DNA of 57,909 nt from IMG/VR virus record IMGVR_UViG_3300030430_001633, positions 1 to 57,909 of that record; one strand, 5' to 3'. Shown piece after piece: positions 55,192 through 57,909 of the stretch. Positions within the stretch are counted from its first letter, which is position 1. Every line of letters begins with the position of its first letter. Origin of the DNA: a virus (lineage: Duplodnaviria > Caudoviricetes). The position numbers were made by a program, and so were the translations under genes. The notes beneath the pieces are model-generated. The model was not told the origin of the DNA. It ran no database searches and saw only the letters and a list, made by a program, of their open reading frames with translations.

Positions 55192-56505
55192 TTAGGTAAT
55201 GCCAGCGCCTATAAATTGAATATGAAAGGCTCTGGATGAACCAATCCTGTTTTTGAAAGTAATCTCGTGTCCACTTACGATTACACAAAAATTATTGTCA
55301 GTATCTCCCACAACAAAGTCTGCACCTGTTCCAAAATAGTTCGTTGTGTTCAGTAGAGTGGCAGAATTAAATCCTGCGGTGAATGTACCTCCAGAGCCAC
55401 CAGATGTTTCATAAATCAATAACATTCCACGCCCAGCTATTTGTGATGCAGAAGCATCGACAATGGTAACTGACGAGTCATCATCTACTGTAATACTTGT
55501 TTTGCTGCTTATAATTCCCGCAGAATTACGGCCATTGAAGTTGCCTAAAACACCATCGTTAGTAAGTTGGAGCCTTGTAGTGTTGTTACTAAATAAATTT
55601 AAACCATGATTGGTTGCCGCACCCACAACGGCAGTGCCACCGTCGTTGCCGATATTTACAGCAATACTATTACTTTCCGCGCGTAAGCTGTGATTGCTTT
55701 CAATAGGACCAGCAGCTTGAACACCTGTGTTTGCCGACAAAGCGGCAGAGGTGACGCCTACAAGCAAGTTTCCATTGTCATCTATTCTAGCCCTTTCACT
55801 GTTACCCGTGTAAAGCTGAAGAATGTCTGAACCATTTGCCCCAAGTGCCAACCCTGTATCTGTGTCTCCAAGACCAAATATTTGGTCTATAGACAAAATG
55901 CCAAGATGGCTGAGACGCATCTTTTCAACTGAACCATCAGAACCATCTGTGTTGGTTTCAAAAACTAAATCGGTATCATTACCCCCCAGCCGGTCAGCGA
56001 CGATTGCCGCTACCTCACGGTCTGAACCGGCGTCTGTAGTTCGCTTAAAACGAATACGGCTTTCGTTGCCGCTTGTGTTGTCAGCTTGACTGATTGTAAG
56101 AGCGTTGAACTCACCAGACGATGACGAAGATAAAGTTGCACCACCGCTCGCTGTAACTGCGCCAGTAAGAGTGGAGGTGCCAGTAACACTCAGATTACCA
56201 CCCACAGAGAAATCACTATCCACATCGCCGCTAAACACACTAAACGTATCGTAGACAATGATCTCTACTTGGTCGTTTGCAGTCAGTGCAGACAAACCAG
56301 CAATCGTGTTAGCGGTGTTGGTGTTGTAATCTGTACCAGCAACCAGTGCTACACCGTTTACTGACACATCTACAAAGTTGCCATCCGTAAAGGTAAGCGT
56401 ACCACCAACCGTCATGCTGCCAGATATCGAGGTTTCACCCCCGCTGGCAGTGAGATAATACCTAGCTCTAGTAGCTTGTGATGGTGTCTTACCTATGTAT
56501 GGCAT
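55192..56505 (-). CDS. Tail fibre / spike protein
   Basis: MPYIGK N-terminus, VDV.VNGV.L..G.DY, ERARID..GNLLVG. Confidence 0.75.
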   Translation of the reverse strand: MPYIGKTPSQATRARYYLTASGGETSISGSMTVGGTLTFTDGNFVDVSVNGVALVAGTDYNTNTANTIAGLSALTANDQVEIIVYDTFSVFSGDVDSDFSVGGNLSVTGTSTLTGAVTASGGATLSSSSSGEFNALTISQADNTSGNESRIRFKRTTDAGSDREVAAIVADRLGGNDTDLVFETNTDGSDGSVEKMRLSHLGILSIDQIFGLGDTDTGLALGANGSDILQLYTGNSERARIDDNGNLLVGVTSAALSANTGVQAAGPIESNHSLRAESNSIAVNIGNDGGTAVVGAATNHGLNLFSNNTTRLQLTNDGVLGNFNGRNSAGIISSKTSITVDDDSSVTIVDASASQIAGRGMLLIYETSGGSGGTFTAGFNSATLLNTTNYFGTGADFVVGDTDNNFCVIVSGHEITFKNRIGSSRAFHIQFIGAGIT

Positions 56506-56514
56506 TTACTTCTC

Positions 56515-57723
56515 CTAACAGGCCATCAAAACGCATGGTACGAGATAGCTGCCGTCATCGTAAGTGTGTGATTTATTAGTGCTAGTGACCTTCGCAATCG
56601 TCTTGCTGCGAACGATATCATCATCTTGCGGCTTGGCAGTGCCATCACCGGCTGACATCAGCAAGTCGCCTCGTGCTACTGTCGTACCCTGTGCAATGCG
56701 GATGACCATATCGCCGGTCATGGCGATGTTCATGTCGGCTGTGTAGTCCTCATCATCGTCGTCCCAGTTAACAAACACACCAGCCACGTTCACGTCACCC
56801 TCAACAGACGACACGGCCATACAGTTTAGCTGCTCGTTGTCCTCGGTCACGCCATCCTTTGTCCACTCAGCCATCTGGTCGAGATTAGTCATCACTGTAC
56901 CTTTGACAAGGCCGTCGATGCGGTTGCCGTCTGTGGCTTGTGACCAGCGGGAAAGGTGACCACCGTTGTATGAAACAGTGCTGCCAGACACGACAATGCT
57001 GCCCTCTGTAGTGTCAGCGTGCCTAAGTTGCACTAAAGTGCCGTCGCTTGTTTGACGATTAAGAATTAAGTTTATGCCACTTGTTGAAGTCATATGACAC
57101 TGCGCTTGGTTTCCCGGCTCAAATGCAAACCCCGACACTGTTTTGTCGGTGCTTGTCTTACCCATTAAAACAGCGCCACCTGTTTCGATTAAAAACCTGT
57201 TTGCACCGCCCGTCTCGTCACGAATTACGAAAGCGTTACTCTGGTCAGGTCGCACCTGCATAGAAAAACTTCTTGTGCCATTCGTTGTTGTAAGTGTCGC
57301 ATAATTAGACGAACCGGCTGTTATCGCAGATATTTGTGCGTTAGAGCCATCAGCGACGTTGGATTTGATGTCTCCATTCACTTCCAGTTTTACACTGGGG
57401 GAAGTCGTCCCGATACCGACATTGCCTTCATGCCGTATACGCATAACCTCGCTAATCGTTGGTGTGCCACTGCCTGTTGAAGCACCTGCTAAAAACGCTA
57501 TGCCACTACTGTCGCCGTTATCCTCATACACGCCTTTTATTCGAGCCTGTGTACCAGCGGAGCCTGTCGAACTATCTGAACTTACGAAGTCAATTTGTCC
57601 AAGCAATTCTGTGTCAGCACCAGTTGTGTCTGTGCTTGTAAGTTTAAGTGTTGCACCAGAAGAGTTTTCAACTTCTACATCAGTGTCAAATTTTCCGTCT
57701 GCTAAATCTCTTGCGCGTGTCAT
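56515..57723 (-). CDS. Tail fibre protein with chaperone-like C-terminal domain
   Basis: MTRARDLAD, GNVGIGTTSP, C-terminal GDLLMS..DGTA..QDDD...T.AKV. Confidence 0.75.
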   Translation of the reverse strand: MTRARDLADGKFDTDVEVENSSGATLKLTSTDTTGADTELLGQIDFVSSDSSTGSAGTQARIKGVYEDNGDSSGIAFLAGASTGSGTPTISEVMRIRHEGNVGIGTTSPSVKLEVNGDIKSNVADGSNAQISAITAGSSNYATLTTTNGTRSFSMQVRPDQSNAFVIRDETGGANRFLIETGGAVLMGKTSTDKTVSGFAFEPGNQAQCHMTSTSGINLILNRQTSDGTLVQLRHADTTEGSIVVSGSTVSYNGGHLSRWSQATDGNRIDGLVKGTVMTNLDQMAEWTKDGVTEDNEQLNCMAVSSVEGDVNVAGVFVNWDDDDEDYTADMNIAMTGDMVIRIAQGTTVARGDLLMSAGDGTAKPQDDDIVRSKTIAKVTSTNKSHTYDDGSYLVPCVLMAC

Positions 57724-57909
57724 TAAGTAATCTCCATGATACTCGCCACAGTATCTAGACTACTGGCAACGCTGGATTGCACAATCAAGCTATGACCTGT
57801 TTCCATAACGATTTTGTTTCCAGACATGTACTCAAAGCTAGATCCAACAGGTATAGGAATGTCTTTAGCCAAAAACACCATATCACCAGCGTTCAGCTTG
57901 ATATCTGCC
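57723..57909 (-). CDS. Virion protein, C-terminal part (truncated by window edge)
   Basis: Manual translation ...LAKDIPIPVGSSFEYMSGNKIVMETGHSLIVQSSVASSLDTVASIMEIT*. Confidence 0.7.
   Translation of the reverse strand, partial: ADIKLNAGDMVFLAKDIPIPVGSSFEYMSGNKIVMETGHSLIVQSSVASSLDTVASIMEIT

Noticed and set aside
97-57730. Numerous + strand ORFs in the ORF track (e.g. 553-1050, 34038-34649, 38477-39055, 46319-46777)
   Set aside because: They are antisense shadows of well-supported minus-strand genes and lack RBS or motifs; only 40608-42053 is credible on +
1-57909. tRNA, rRNA, integrase, transposase, intron or intein
   Set aside because: None recognised by eye; PolA, TerL and helicases have ordinary lengths; a tRNAscan/Infernal run is needed to be sure

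Overview
Near-complete (about 58 kb, circularly permuted; both window edges fall inside tail or virion genes) genome of a tailed dsDNA phage with podovirus-like architecture. It resembles marine phages of Proteobacteria, but the host cannot be determined from the sequence. All credible genes but one (an SNF2 helicase) are on the minus strand. Modules: tail and neck (1-4.4 kb; 42-57.9 kb), head (major capsid, scaffold, GroES), lysis (GH24 lysozyme, 3-TM holin), portal, TerL, an early region of small genes with TerS, PolA, UvrD helicase, primase, SSB-like protein, and a thymine-hypermodification cluster (HD hydrolase, MazG-like protein, dUMP hydroxymethylase-like TS homologue, GT-B glycosyltransferase, 5-hmdU DNA kinase-like protein). 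The most striking signal is at 18.2-19.8 kb. A whole transcription unit of about 636 bp is almost free of the GA/TC dinucleotide, and its protein has been purged of Asp/Glu. Next to it lies a paralogue with normal Asp/Glu content whose flanking spacers are GA/TC-enriched. This suggests a dinucleotide-targeted modification or defence system acting at a probable genome end. About ten early promoters share a GAYAA-N8-TTRTC palindrome. All product calls come from motif recognition by eye, and all counts are hand counts; no database searches were run.
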